Part shown: positions 52,659-62,240 of the stretch, piece after piece
How the letters are laid out: the number at the start of each line of letters is the position of its first letter
How positions within the stretch are numbered: position 1 is the stretch's first letter
NCBI GenBank assembly: GCA_963737155.1
Contig: CAVTRN010000002.1
Span: 576,001 to 640,000, forward strand
DNA length: 64,000 nucleotides
Direction: 5' to 3'
From: Nitrospirota bacterium
GTDB taxonomy: Bacteria > Nitrospirota > UBA9217
Program-made: the position numbers and the translations under genes
Notes under the pieces: generated by a model
Told to the model about the DNA's origin: nothing
Seen by the model: the letters and a program-made list of their open reading frames with translations, nothing else
The model's database searches: none

Positions 52659-53061
52659 GATCATTTTTATGGATCAGCATGAACTTTTGTCACAACGCGT
52701 TCCCTGCCGCCATATTAAAGTTGTAACAGAGTTATCCCGTCGGGAGAATAGTGTCAATTCGTGATATCGCCTTTCCCTCAGGCATAATAAAATATAGGAA
52801 CGGTTTCGTTCTTGATTACAAGGAGTGTATCGGCAATAAAGTCACGGCGGTTAAAAATATCTTTATGGATACAACCGTCGTCGGGATAGTGAAATCTTTT
52901 TTCGTTATGATAATTCCCCCGAGCCACGTGCACGCCAATTATAGACGTTCCCTCACCAACATCATATCGGAAAGAATAAACTCGTCGCGTCCGAGCCTGC
53001 TTTACTTGTCTGCCGTTCTGGAAGGAATCGAGGGAGCACAGACTGAATCGGAAAAATAACT

Positions 53062-55722
53062 ATGAACCAGGAATTGTTATCAGTCATTCTGCCTCACGGA
53101 TCTATCCTGCTGGAATGGACAGAGGCCCAGGAAAAAGTCAGTAAGGACCAGGAACTTCTCCAAAACGAAATATTCCGCCGTTTTGCCGATGCACCGGATG
53201 GGGCATTTCTTTTTCTCGGATTCTGCAATAAATCAGTTCCTCTTACACCTTCCCTCAATTATTGGCGCATGGTATGCGGACTTTTCGCCAGGAAGCTCAC
53301 TCAAACTCCCGATCTGGAAATCCTTCGTCATAAGGTCAAAGTTAAAATCAGCGAAGATATATTAAACCACATACTTGAATCAGCGCCGATGATGACGGGC
53401 GTCGAGTATTTGACCAGAGTGGTCATTGAAGATCTCTGGCAGCGGCTGCATGCTGAATTTCGGAAGGAGATTGAGCAGAGGAAAGGGAGCGTTGAGGAAT
53501 TCATTAAACAGTACAGCCCCGATGTTCACCTGATCGGGAGGGTATTTTTTCACCTAGTAGAGAGCAAAAAGGACGAATATCCTTTTGCATTTATTGCTAC
53601 GTATACGACGGGGTTGAACAAACATGGCAAGTCGCAGCACCTCCCCCTGACGCATGCTCTGCAGGAATATGGAAAGGATGGCGCAAAGCTGCTTGATTTG
53701 CTGGTAGCGGTTAATAGAGCGGCAAAGGAAAGCATACTGATCGCGCAACTTGTTGAGAGCGGAGAATTGTTCCATCCCCTCGCTTGGTCAGCCAAAGAGG
53801 CATATACATTTCTCAGTGAAATTCCGCTTTACGAACAGTCGGGTATTTTGTGCCGCATCCCCGACTGGTGGAAGCGCGGCGCAGCAAGTATAAAAGTAAA
53901 CATATCTCTTGGCAGCAAACAGCCATCAACTGTGGGTATGGATGCTTTGTTGACCTTTGACATAAGCCTGCACCTGGAGGACGATCAGATATCCTACGAT
54001 GAGGCTAAGCGGCTCCTGGATGCGTCTGAGGGGCTAGCGCTGATCAAAAACCGCTGGGTTGCAGTAGATCACAACAAACTGCAACAGACCCTTGAAGCCT
54101 ATGAAAAAGCGAGAAAACTTGCCAATCGGGATGGCATAAGTTTCCGCGACGCCCTGCGGCTTGAGCTGAACCCGGGAACGCAATTAAATATTCCCGCAGA
54201 TGAAACGAGCGTTAGTGTTACGAGCGGACAATGGCTAGATACTGTCATGACGCGAATGCGCAGCCCTGAATCAATCGCCCCTGTAAGCCTGGATTCTTCA
54301 TTCAAGGCGGAATTGAGACCCTATCAGCAGAAGGGAGTAGCGTGGCTCTCATTCCTCCAGTCTCTCAGGTTCGGTATGTGCCTTGCCGATGATATGGGAC
54401 TGGGCAAAACCGTACAGGTACTTGCGCTGCTTCAGAGCCTGAAAACGAAGGGGGAGAAAGGCGCAAGCCTGCTTGTGGTTCCCGCCTCCCTTCTCGGAAA
54501 CTGGGCATCAGAAATCCAGAAGTTTACACCAAGTTTAACATACACCGTTGCTCATCCATCGGGAACGGAAAATAAGAAGACGATGCTGAGGGACAAGAAC
54601 GAACTCGACAGTTTAGATCTCGTGATCACAACCTATTTGCTGGTGCAGAAATATGAATGGATTCAGTCGTACGAATGGAAGTGTGTAATACTTGACGAGG
54701 CCCAGGCAATCAAGAACTCCGGAACCAAACAAACGAAGGCGGTTAAAAAATTGAATGCTGGCAACCGCATTATCATGACTGGTACGCCGGTTGAGAACCG
54801 GCTGTCTGACCTATGGTCACTATTTGACTTCATTAATCCCGGTCTTCTCGGAAGCTCACAGGAGTTTGGACGCTATGCCAAGAGCCTGACCAAGAACACA
54901 GAGGGTTATGCGCGGTTGAGGAAGGTCATCAGTCCTTATATTCTGCGGCGGCTTAAGACCGATAAGACAGTTATTTCTGACCTGCCGGATAAGGTTGAAA
55001 TGAAGACCTGGGCCTCTCTCGGCAAAAAACAGGCGATCCTGTACCAGAAACTGGTAGACGATCTCCGCTATGCTGTGGAAACCGTTGAGGGCATCCAGAG
55101 GAAAGGAATCATACTGAGTTCGCTGATGAAGTTCAAGCAGCTGTGCAATCATCCTGACCATTATCTCGGTACCGGAACATTCGAGGAAAGTGAAAGCGGG
55201 AAATTTGGCAGGTTGCGAGAAATCTGCGAGACAATTTATGAGAAACGGGAGCGGGTCCTCGTGTTTACGCAGTTCAGAGAAATAGTCGAACCTCTCAGCG
55301 GTTTTCTGAGGACTCTGTTCAAGCGGGAAGGCCTTATCCTGCACGGCGGCACGGCAGTGGGTAAAAGAAAAGAGATCGTTGCGCGTTTTCAGGGTGAAGA
55401 GTATATCCCCTATATCGTTCTATCGCTCAAAGCGGGTGGTGTTGGGCTGAATCTGACCGCGGCGAACCATGTTATCCATTTCGACCGGTGGTGGAATCCG
55501 GCAGTTGAAAACCAGGCGACGGACCGCGCGTTTCGCATCGGTCAGAAGAAAAACGTGGTTGTGCATAAATTTATTACCAAGGGGACTGTCGAAGAGAGGA
55601 TTGACGAGATGATCGAAGGTAAGATAAGATTGTCGAACGAGATCATTCAATCCGGCAGCGAAGCGTGGATCACGGAAATGAGCAATAAGGAGCTGCTGAA
55701 GATGTTCGCATTAACCATTTAA
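53062..55722 (+). CDS. SNF2/SWI2 family DEAD/DEAH-box ATPase
   Basis: LRPYQ, LADDMGLGKT, DEAQ, TGTPVEN, WWNPAVENQATDRAFRIGQ. Confidence 0.96.
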   Translation: MNQELLSVILPHGSILLEWTEAQEKVSKDQELLQNEIFRRFADAPDGAFLFLGFCNKSVPLTPSLNYWRMVCGLFARKLTQTPDLEILRHKVKVKISEDILNHILESAPMMTGVEYLTRVVIEDLWQRLHAEFRKEIEQRKGSVEEFIKQYSPDVHLIGRVFFHLVESKKDEYPFAFIATYTTGLNKHGKSQHLPLTHALQEYGKDGAKLLDLLVAVNRAAKESILIAQLVESGELFHPLAWSAKEAYTFLSEIPLYEQSGILCRIPDWWKRGAASIKVNISLGSKQPSTVGMDALLTFDISLHLEDDQISYDEAKRLLDASEGLALIKNRWVAVDHNKLQQTLEAYEKARKLANRDGISFRDALRLELNPGTQLNIPADETSVSVTSGQWLDTVMTRMRSPESIAPVSLDSSFKAELRPYQQKGVAWLSFLQSLRFGMCLADDMGLGKTVQVLALLQSLKTKGEKGASLLVVPASLLGNWASEIQKFTPSLTYTVAHPSGTENKKTMLRDKNELDSLDLVITTYLLVQKYEWIQSYEWKCVILDEAQAIKNSGTKQTKAVKKLNAGNRIIMTGTPVENRLSDLWSLFDFINPGLLGSSQEFGRYAKSLTKNTEGYARLRKVISPYILRRLKTDKTVISDLPDKVEMKTWASLGKKQAILYQKLVDDLRYAVETVEGIQRKGIILSSLMKFKQLCNHPDHYLGTGTFEESESGKFGRLREICETIYEKRERVLVFTQFREIVEPLSGFLRTLFKREGLILHGGTAVGKRKEIVARFQGEEYIPYIVLSLKAGGVGLNLTAANHVIHFDRWWNPAVENQATDRAFRIGQKKNVVVHKFITKGTVEERIDEMIEGKIRLSNEIIQSGSEAWITEMSNKELLKMFALTI

Positions 55723-55743
55723 CGGCACTGCTAAGGTGGACCT

Positions 55744-56652
55744 ATGAGATATTGGGGATTTCCGCGATATGTCAGCAAAGCGGAGAAGCAGACGAAGGCT
55801 GCAAAGAAGCTTGAACAATTGAAGAAAAAGCGGGACGTGAGGCCGATTATTCTTCAGGGCAGTGCCATTGCGCGCACCTGGTGGGGTAAATCCTGGAACC
55901 AGAATTTGGAGCGGTATGCTGATTACAGCAACCGCATTGGAAGGGGACGAAGTTATGTCCGCCATGGCGCCGTTCTGGATCTCCAGATCGGCAACGGTGA
56001 GATCAGGGCGCTTGTGCAAGGTTCGAAGTCCAAACCCTATGAGATTCTTATTAAGATCGGGAAACTCAGCAAAAATACGTGGGAACATATATCATCTTCC
56101 TGTGCCGGGATGCTCGACTCCGTATCGGAACTTCTTGCGGGAGATTTTCCGCAAGAGCTTGGTGAACTGTTTCTGCAGCGCGATGCCGGACTCTTTCCTG
56201 CGCCAAAGGAAATTGTTTTCGAGTGCTCTTGCCCCGACTGGGCGAGCATGTGCAAACATGTTGCGGCAACACTGTATGGCGTCGGCGCGCGGCTCGATGA
56301 AGATGCTACGCTTTTTTTCACGCTCCGCGGCGTTGATACGGCCGATCTCATCAGCAGAACGGTTTCAAATAAGGCCGAGAGCCTGCTCGAAAAGGCAGCG
56401 AAAAAGAGTTCCCGGATTATCAACGATGCCGACCTTTCCGCTCTGTTCGGAATAGAGTTGATTCAAGGCGATAGAACTGTCGCCGGCGATGCGGATAAAA
56501 AGCCCCTTAAAAGTTCCATAATCATAAAAAGGACAAAACGCCCGAAAAAGGCGAGAAAGATTAGCGGTGTTGAAAGGAAACGAAAAAGCGCTGGAGATAA
56601 AGAAAAGTCAGTCCGGCCCGCAAAAAGAGCGAAGAAAAAACAAGCTACATAG
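55744..56652 (+). CDS. SWIM zinc-finger protein (SNF2 partner)
   Basis: TWWGKSW, NRIGRGRSY, CSCPDWASMCKH, basic tail. Confidence 0.93.
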   Translation: MRYWGFPRYVSKAEKQTKAAKKLEQLKKKRDVRPIILQGSAIARTWWGKSWNQNLERYADYSNRIGRGRSYVRHGAVLDLQIGNGEIRALVQGSKSKPYEILIKIGKLSKNTWEHISSSCAGMLDSVSELLAGDFPQELGELFLQRDAGLFPAPKEIVFECSCPDWASMCKHVAATLYGVGARLDEDATLFFTLRGVDTADLISRTVSNKAESLLEKAAKKSSRIINDADLSALFGIELIQGDRTVAGDADKKPLKSSIIIKRTKRPKKARKISGVERKRKSAGDKEKSVRPAKRAKKKQAT

Positions 56653-56777
56653 AATATGGCGTCCTCCGCTGAATCTGTGGTGCTATTTAGATAACGAATC
56701 CGTATTTGTTCTGTATAAAGCTTGAATGTGGCGTTTCTGATATGCCGAACGCTGATAACTTAATAGGGAGCCAATTT

Positions 56778-57074
56778 ATGATGCCACAAAATCTAAATCA
56801 GGCAATAGAAATATTTTCCCGTTTCGAAGTGTCGTTTATTCTTCTGGGAGTATTTTTCTTCTGTGTTTGGCTAGTCACGATTATAGATATTGTAAGCAGT
56901 GATTTTAAAACTGATGCTGATAAAATCATATGGTTCTTTTTTGCGATCTTAATTCCGCCAATCGGAATTTTGCTTTACTGCTTTATCGGGAGAGCACAAA
57001 GGAAAGATTCGGGTATTAAAGACAAGCGCTATCGATCGGGTACGCGATATAGGGACATCGGACGAGATGATTAA
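56778..57074 (+). CDS. PLDc N-terminal domain small membrane protein
   Basis: WLVTIIDI...DKIIWFFFAILIPPIGILLYCFIGR. Confidence 0.8.
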   Translation: MMPQNLNQAIEIFSRFEVSFILLGVFFFCVWLVTIIDIVSSDFKTDADKIIWFFFAILIPPIGILLYCFIGRAQRKDSGIKDKRYRSGTRYRDIGRDD

Positions 57075-57324
57075 ATTTACGACATATTTGGCTTCCCATG
57101 CGAGACCCGAACGAGCTGGCTTTATGTTAAAAATACCAGATGCATTCTGAACCGTACTTCAAGCCGAGAACGTGTGCGTGATTCAGAGGTAAAGTGATAT
57201 TTACTATGATCTAAAAAACAGGACTACAACCGGAACTTAAAGTTAAAAACACGTGTTGCTTGCTATATGCCGGAGGATTTGAGAGCGAAAATCGTGAAAT
57301 TGTTTTATTGCAAATATTCTGAAT

Positions 57325-58002
57325 TCAATATTGGTTTCTTATTTCTCTCTTTGTGATATATTCATAAAAGCTATTTCCCACCGCAACTCCAATTACTGTT
57401 CCAAAAATAGCGCCGGCCAAAAAGTCGGAAAACCAATGAATGCTTATGGATACTCCGAATCCTATGTAGAGTGCGTAAAAAATTGAAAGGTATTTTACAA
57501 TCTTATTTTTGGGATACAGCATCAATAGCGTTATGGCCATAGCAAAGGCAATAGTCGTGTGCGAAGACGGCCAGCCCCAAAATACCCCGCCGCGCAGAAA
57601 CCCAAACCGAAATTCCCGACTGCTATCAATAATATCCTGCGTGAGTAATCTTGGTGGATGAACTCTTCCTGTAAATGATTTGTAAAAGGAAGCGATGAGC
57701 AGGCCTATGATAGCTGATTGACCTAAAGCATAAGCTGTACTTATTACTTTCAAATTATTTCTCACTTTGCCGAAGGCATAGAGAGCTAAAGGCACGATAA
57801 TTGGCAGACGACTACCGAGCCTGACAGCCGGGAAGAGAAGCGATTGTAAAAGGGAACTTCTGGCAGATTTAAAATAGAGCCAGTCAAAGCCTGAAGTTAC
57901 GATGACGTATGTAAGAATAATGGCCAGAAGATGCCAGAGGAGATTATAACCTCGAAAGCATTTCATGACATTCTTTGGAAGATTAAAGAAAAAGACTGGC
58001 AT
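57325..58002 (-). CDS. PAP2 family phosphatase
   Basis: K...GRVHP, WPSSH, HWFSD motifs. Confidence 0.88.
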   Translation of the reverse strand: MPVFFFNLPKNVMKCFRGYNLLWHLLAIILTYVIVTSGFDWLYFKSARSSLLQSLLFPAVRLGSRLPIIVPLALYAFGKVRNNLKVISTAYALGQSAIIGLLIASFYKSFTGRVHPPRLLTQDIIDSSREFRFGFLRGGVFWGWPSSHTTIAFAMAITLLMLYPKNKIVKYLSIFYALYIGFGVSISIHWFSDFLAGAIFGTVIGVAVGNSFYEYITKREIRNQY

Positions 58003-58329
58003 AAAGTCATGACCACCGATAAGGAGCCTTATTCGCCTGACTAAAAAGTCTTTTCATTCCTGACCCGCACAAGCAAGGAGCTGGCAGGTTTATTAAAAAC
58101 CATGTTGCTAATGAGGCTCCACTCATTGTAGTCAGGCCAGAAATCAGGAAGCAACGAATACTACCATTGGTCATGTGTTCCACAATTGTCGGTTATTAAC
58201 TGGCTATGCTATGATCGATATAATTGCTGTACTATAAGACATGATAGACGTAAGAATCAACCGTCGTAAAAGTTATGCATTCTAATCGATTTGTCGAAAG
58301 ATTTGATTCTAAATTTAAAAAGCGGTTAT

Positions 58330-59912
58330 GAGCCTGTTGCTCAAATGCCAGCATAGCCGTTTATGATCGCCCATATGGGATAGTGCCAGACTGCAAATGG
58401 GGTATCTCTGCGAAGCACACGGCATGAATCAGCTGTCGTTTTCGTTCTTTATACTGCCATCTGGGCCGCAATCTCTTTGCCGCTTCGCCAAAGCTTCAAG
58501 AGATTGTGCGTCGCGCAGATGAGTTTCCATTCCTGGGAGCAGGCTTCAATCCCTCGGCGCATGTAGTGCCGGATGCCGCGATTGTCTTTAATCTGGCCAA
58601 AGATCGGTTCGACGGTCTGGCCTCGTTTCTTATAAAGCTCTCTGCCCCGCTTGGTCAGGAGCTTCCTCTCCATCCTCTGCCGGAGTGTCAGGCTTTTTGG
58701 TATCCTCCCTTGGGGCGGGGATGATGCGGCGGCCTCTTTACGTTGCTTCCAGTCTTTCTTGGTTGCGATAAGATGTTCGGGACCGTCGGGAGTGATGGCC
58801 GCAAAGTTCTTCTCACTTGCGTAGCCGGCATCGCTCAGAGATATTTCGATCTTCAGTTCTTTTTGCAGGGCGATCTCGTTTAAGTTCTCCTGGGCCTTCT
58901 GGATCATGGGATGCAGCTGGTTGATGTCGTTTTCCTGGTTCGTGACCTCGGCGGCGATGATGATCTGCTCCTTGGTGACCACGGCCTGGCTGTTGTAGCC
59001 CTGAACATATCCGCTTCGGGTTTTCATGATCCTGCTGTCCGGATCAGTCATATTGGCCTTCGCTTCCGACGATGGCGTCGGATCAGGCTCCTGAGGTTTG
59101 CGGCCCCGTTTCTTGCTGCCGGTTTCAGCCTCTTGGGCCTGTCGTTCTTCGATCTTTGACTGTTGCTCGGCTGCTGCCTCTGCAGCCTGTTCTTCCAACC
59201 GCTTTTTGCACGCGGCAAGGCGGGCTCTGCGGCTGGTTCGGTCGGCAAGTTCATCAGGAAGTTCGTCGCCCCGTTTGTTTTGGCCGTACTGCCGGTCTTC
59301 CTCGGTGTCCTTGGCCTCCGCTTCATCGAGCATCCTCTTCACTTCCTGCTCGATATGTTCGTACGTGCGGTTGGCTTCCAGGGCTGCGTTAGCCTTTATC
59401 TTGCTCTCGTCAAGGGCCACGATGCCGACTTTGACGAGCCCGGCTTCCTTGCAGAGCTTGAGCATCTGTTTGAACAGCCCCTCCAGTGCCTGGCCGTTGT
59501 CCTTCCGAAATCGGCTGATGGTGCAGTGGTCCGGAACTTGGTTGGCGGCAATTACCTTGAATCCGATGTCCCGTTCGCAAAGCTTCTCGATCTCACGGGA
59601 TGATCGGATACCGAGGCTGTAGGCATATAACAGCAGGGAGACCATCATTGACGGCTCAAAAGCTGCCTGGCCTTTTCCGTCCTGACGGTATTTTCGGTAG
59701 AATGCCGTAAGATCCATTTCTGCCACGACGTCAAGGACCATCCAAACAAGGTCCTTGGATGGCAGCCACTCCTGCAAGGTGGGCGGCATGAGATATACTT
59801 GATCTCGGTTACAGTCTTTGAAATTGTAGGCCATCCAGCGTCTCCTTATATGCGTGATGACCAATACTATACTATTCGTATATTAATGTCAAATGATTTA
59901 TGCAACAGGCTC
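58330..59912 (-). mobile_element. IS1182-family insertion sequence, complete
   Basis: Inverted repeats GAGCCTGTTGC(TC/AT)AAAT at both ends; 4-bp direct repeat TTAT at 58326-58329 and 59913-59916. Confidence 0.92.
58449..59834 (-). CDS. IS1182-family DDE transposase
   Basis: SSREIE, PDHCTISRFR, ALDESKIKAN, TDPDSRIM, DAGY, YKKRGQTVEPIFGQIK; ATG 59834 after AAGGAG. Confidence 0.93.
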   Translation of the reverse strand: MAYNFKDCNRDQVYLMPPTLQEWLPSKDLVWMVLDVVAEMDLTAFYRKYRQDGKGQAAFEPSMMVSLLLYAYSLGIRSSREIEKLCERDIGFKVIAANQVPDHCTISRFRKDNGQALEGLFKQMLKLCKEAGLVKVGIVALDESKIKANAALEANRTYEHIEQEVKRMLDEAEAKDTEEDRQYGQNKRGDELPDELADRTSRRARLAACKKRLEEQAAEAAAEQQSKIEERQAQEAETGSKKRGRKPQEPDPTPSSEAKANMTDPDSRIMKTRSGYVQGYNSQAVVTKEQIIIAAEVTNQENDINQLHPMIQKAQENLNEIALQKELKIEISLSDAGYASEKNFAAITPDGPEHLIATKKDWKQRKEAAASSPPQGRIPKSLTLRQRMERKLLTKRGRELYKKRGQTVEPIFGQIKDNRGIRHYMRRGIEACSQEWKLICATHNLLKLWRSGKEIAAQMAV

Positions 59913-60299
59913 TTATAAGGACCGTATTTCGCTATTTCTGCGCATGTTTTGCAAAAATCGCAATAACCGTTAGAATCGAGACTTAAGGCCTTGGGATAGA
60001 ACGTTGGCTTCGCACAAAGAGGCAGGGCTATGCCTCGCCGCATCCAAACGTTCTTGCTCACTTTATAGCATAGAGCTTACCATCATTCGACGCTATGTAC
60101 ACGGTCCCCTCAGCACCGATCACGGGGGAGGAGTACAAGTTACTTCCTGTTGTATAACTCCACTTGAGCGTGCCATTAGGGTTTATGGCATAGAGCTTAC
60201 CATCATTCGACGCTATGTACACGGTTCCGTCAGCACCGATGGCGGGGGAGGAGTATAAGTTACTTCCTGTTGAATAGCTCCACTTGAGCGTGCCATTAG

Positions 60300-61948
60300 T
60301 AACTAAAGAATCAAAAGCTTCTCAAAATGGGTAGAACAATTTGGTGAATATGCATTAAACATGCGCCAGTTGCGGGATTACAGACATATTTCGGATGGTC
60401 AATCCCGCAGCGATAACAGCCTTGCCGAGTTTTGAAACGTAGTACTTGTATGTTTTGCCGACTTTCCGAATAATGCCGTGGACGTGAAGCCGTTTCAGAA
60501 TTCTCGTCATGGTACTGCTCGTCACGGATGGCAGCTGTTTTCGTAGAGATTTATTCTGAAGTCCGTTGATGTTGAACTCGCCGCGGGCGAGAACCTCGAA
60601 CAGTTTGAGATCATCGTCGCTGAAGAGATTGAAGCCCTTGTAGGAACGGTCGCCTGTTTCCACGGTCTTTGAAATTTTATCAAGGTTATTGATTCCCGCG
60701 CTTTGGTCGTCGAACGTGGAGATGAACTCAAGATAACGGCGGTTCGAGGCCTTGAAGATCGCCGTAAGGTCAAACAGGCTGTAGATGTTCTTCTTCATGG
60801 GTGCGTTCTTGTGGACAGGATCTCCGATCCGCGACTGGACTTCCCGATAGTGCTTGAACTCCGAGACGTCGTTGGTCGTGGTCTCAATCCGGAGGATGCT
60901 GCCGAACTTGTCGTACATCTTGATGGATGAAGCGCCCATATGGTGCTTGATCCGTGTTCCCTGAATTCGGGTGTTGAAGTTGTTGCCCATTTCGCCTTGA
61001 TAATTGCCGTGGAGCTTCCGACCCAGAAAGGTCGCGATATTCTCCGGTTTCACGGAGTGAATGGCGGTTCGAACGATTTGCTCATACAACGTGTGCAGGT
61101 CCGATTGCTTCTTGAAAACGATGTCGGTGGCATATTCCACCTGCATAGTGCTCCAGTGGTAGGTAAGTCCGTACCCGTTACCGACCGGGCAGTATTGTTT
61201 AGCGAATCTGTCCAGTGCATGGTGTAAGTCCGACACCTTGATGCTGTCAGAAAGCTCCTGGGCTTTGGGAAAATTATCGATAGAGAGAAACGCGTTCTCC
61301 CGAAGAACATAGGGGATTTTCTTTTTTGCCAATTTCGCCGCCAGCCAGTTGTGGCCGTTCATATAGAACTGGAGCCGGAACGGTGCCCAGGTGGGAACGC
61401 GGAGGTAGCACAGGCCGAACGTCTTGTCGATGAAGTAGAAGTAATAGTGGAGACACTTTCCGGAATCATACTTGAGAAAGGTCTTGCCGGTGTTTTTGTC
61501 GTGCCAGGGTTTGTAGCTGGTGCAGGCTTCCATGGCCGAGAAGATATGAACAAGGCCGGGTTGCTCGCCACGCGCTTTGATGATTTCTTTGATCCGGGCC
61601 TCTTTACGGAACGCACCCAGCTTGCGGATGAACTCGATCTCAATGCTGTTCTCATTCGCGAGGCCCTCAGCGTTCTCCCGGACTTTTTCCTGAAGCGCTT
61701 TGGCGAACTGGGCATAATCGAAAATCTTGATCTGTCGGGCATAGAGGAATGCCGTCATCCCCTTATCGAAGCACCAGCCGGGCAGCGTGCCCTGCATGAT
61801 CATGCGGTCATAGCAGGATAGTGAACCGGCTATTTTATCTTGGTAGCGTTCAGGAATCATCATAGCAACCTCCATGACTACAATGAGTAGAGCCTTCATT
61901 GTATCATGGTTTTTATAAAACCTCTTGGTTCCGGCTTGTCCGGGTTAG
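60300..61948 (-). mobile_element. Insertion element without terminal inverted repeats, inserted at CTAA; candidate rolling-circle-type transposon
   Basis: Minus-strand junctions ATAAACC-CTAA-|CCCGGACAAGCCGGAACC... and ...TTCTTTAGTTA|-CTAA-TGGCACG; the rejoined site equals the intact neighbouring repeat ATAAACCCTAATGGCACG. Confidence 0.9.
60355..61863 (-). CDS. Putative transposase with Rep_trans-like motifs and a C-terminal winged HTH
   Basis: Only long ORF of the element; QVEYATD, KMYDK, LRIE; C-terminal MTRILKRLHVHGIIRKVGKTYKYYVS; ATG 61863 after GGAGG. Confidence 0.75.
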   Translation of the reverse strand: MMIPERYQDKIAGSLSCYDRMIMQGTLPGWCFDKGMTAFLYARQIKIFDYAQFAKALQEKVRENAEGLANENSIEIEFIRKLGAFRKEARIKEIIKARGEQPGLVHIFSAMEACTSYKPWHDKNTGKTFLKYDSGKCLHYYFYFIDKTFGLCYLRVPTWAPFRLQFYMNGHNWLAAKLAKKKIPYVLRENAFLSIDNFPKAQELSDSIKVSDLHHALDRFAKQYCPVGNGYGLTYHWSTMQVEYATDIVFKKQSDLHTLYEQIVRTAIHSVKPENIATFLGRKLHGNYQGEMGNNFNTRIQGTRIKHHMGASSIKMYDKFGSILRIETTTNDVSEFKHYREVQSRIGDPVHKNAPMKKNIYSLFDLTAIFKASNRRYLEFISTFDDQSAGINNLDKISKTVETGDRSYKGFNLFSDDDLKLFEVLARGEFNINGLQNKSLRKQLPSVTSSTMTRILKRLHVHGIIRKVGKTYKYYVSKLGKAVIAAGLTIRNMSVIPQLAHV

Positions 61949-62000
61949 GGTTTATGGCATGGAGTTTGCCATCATCCGGCGCTATGTAAACGGTTCCATC

Positions 62001-62240
62001 AGCACCGATGGCGGGGGAGGAGTATAAGTTGCTTCCAGTTGAATAGCTCCACTTGAGCGTGCCATGGGGGTTTATGGCATAGAGCTTACCATCATTCGAC
62101 ACTATGTACACGGTTCCGTCAGCACCGATGGCGGGGGAGGAGTATAAGTTGCTTTCTGTTGAATAGCTCCACTTGAGCGTGCCATGGGGGTTTATGGCAT
62201 AGAGCTTACCATCATTCGACACTATGTACACGGTTCCATC
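62001..62240. repeat. Near-identical 120-bp tandem repeat units within the propeller gene
   Basis: 62001-62120 and 62121-62240 differ at 3 of 120 positions on manual comparison; further diverged copies lie at 60061-60295 and 62240-62730. Confidence 0.9.

Noticed and set aside
52751-53059. 102-aa ORF upstream of SNF2
   Set aside because: No RBS or recognisable motif
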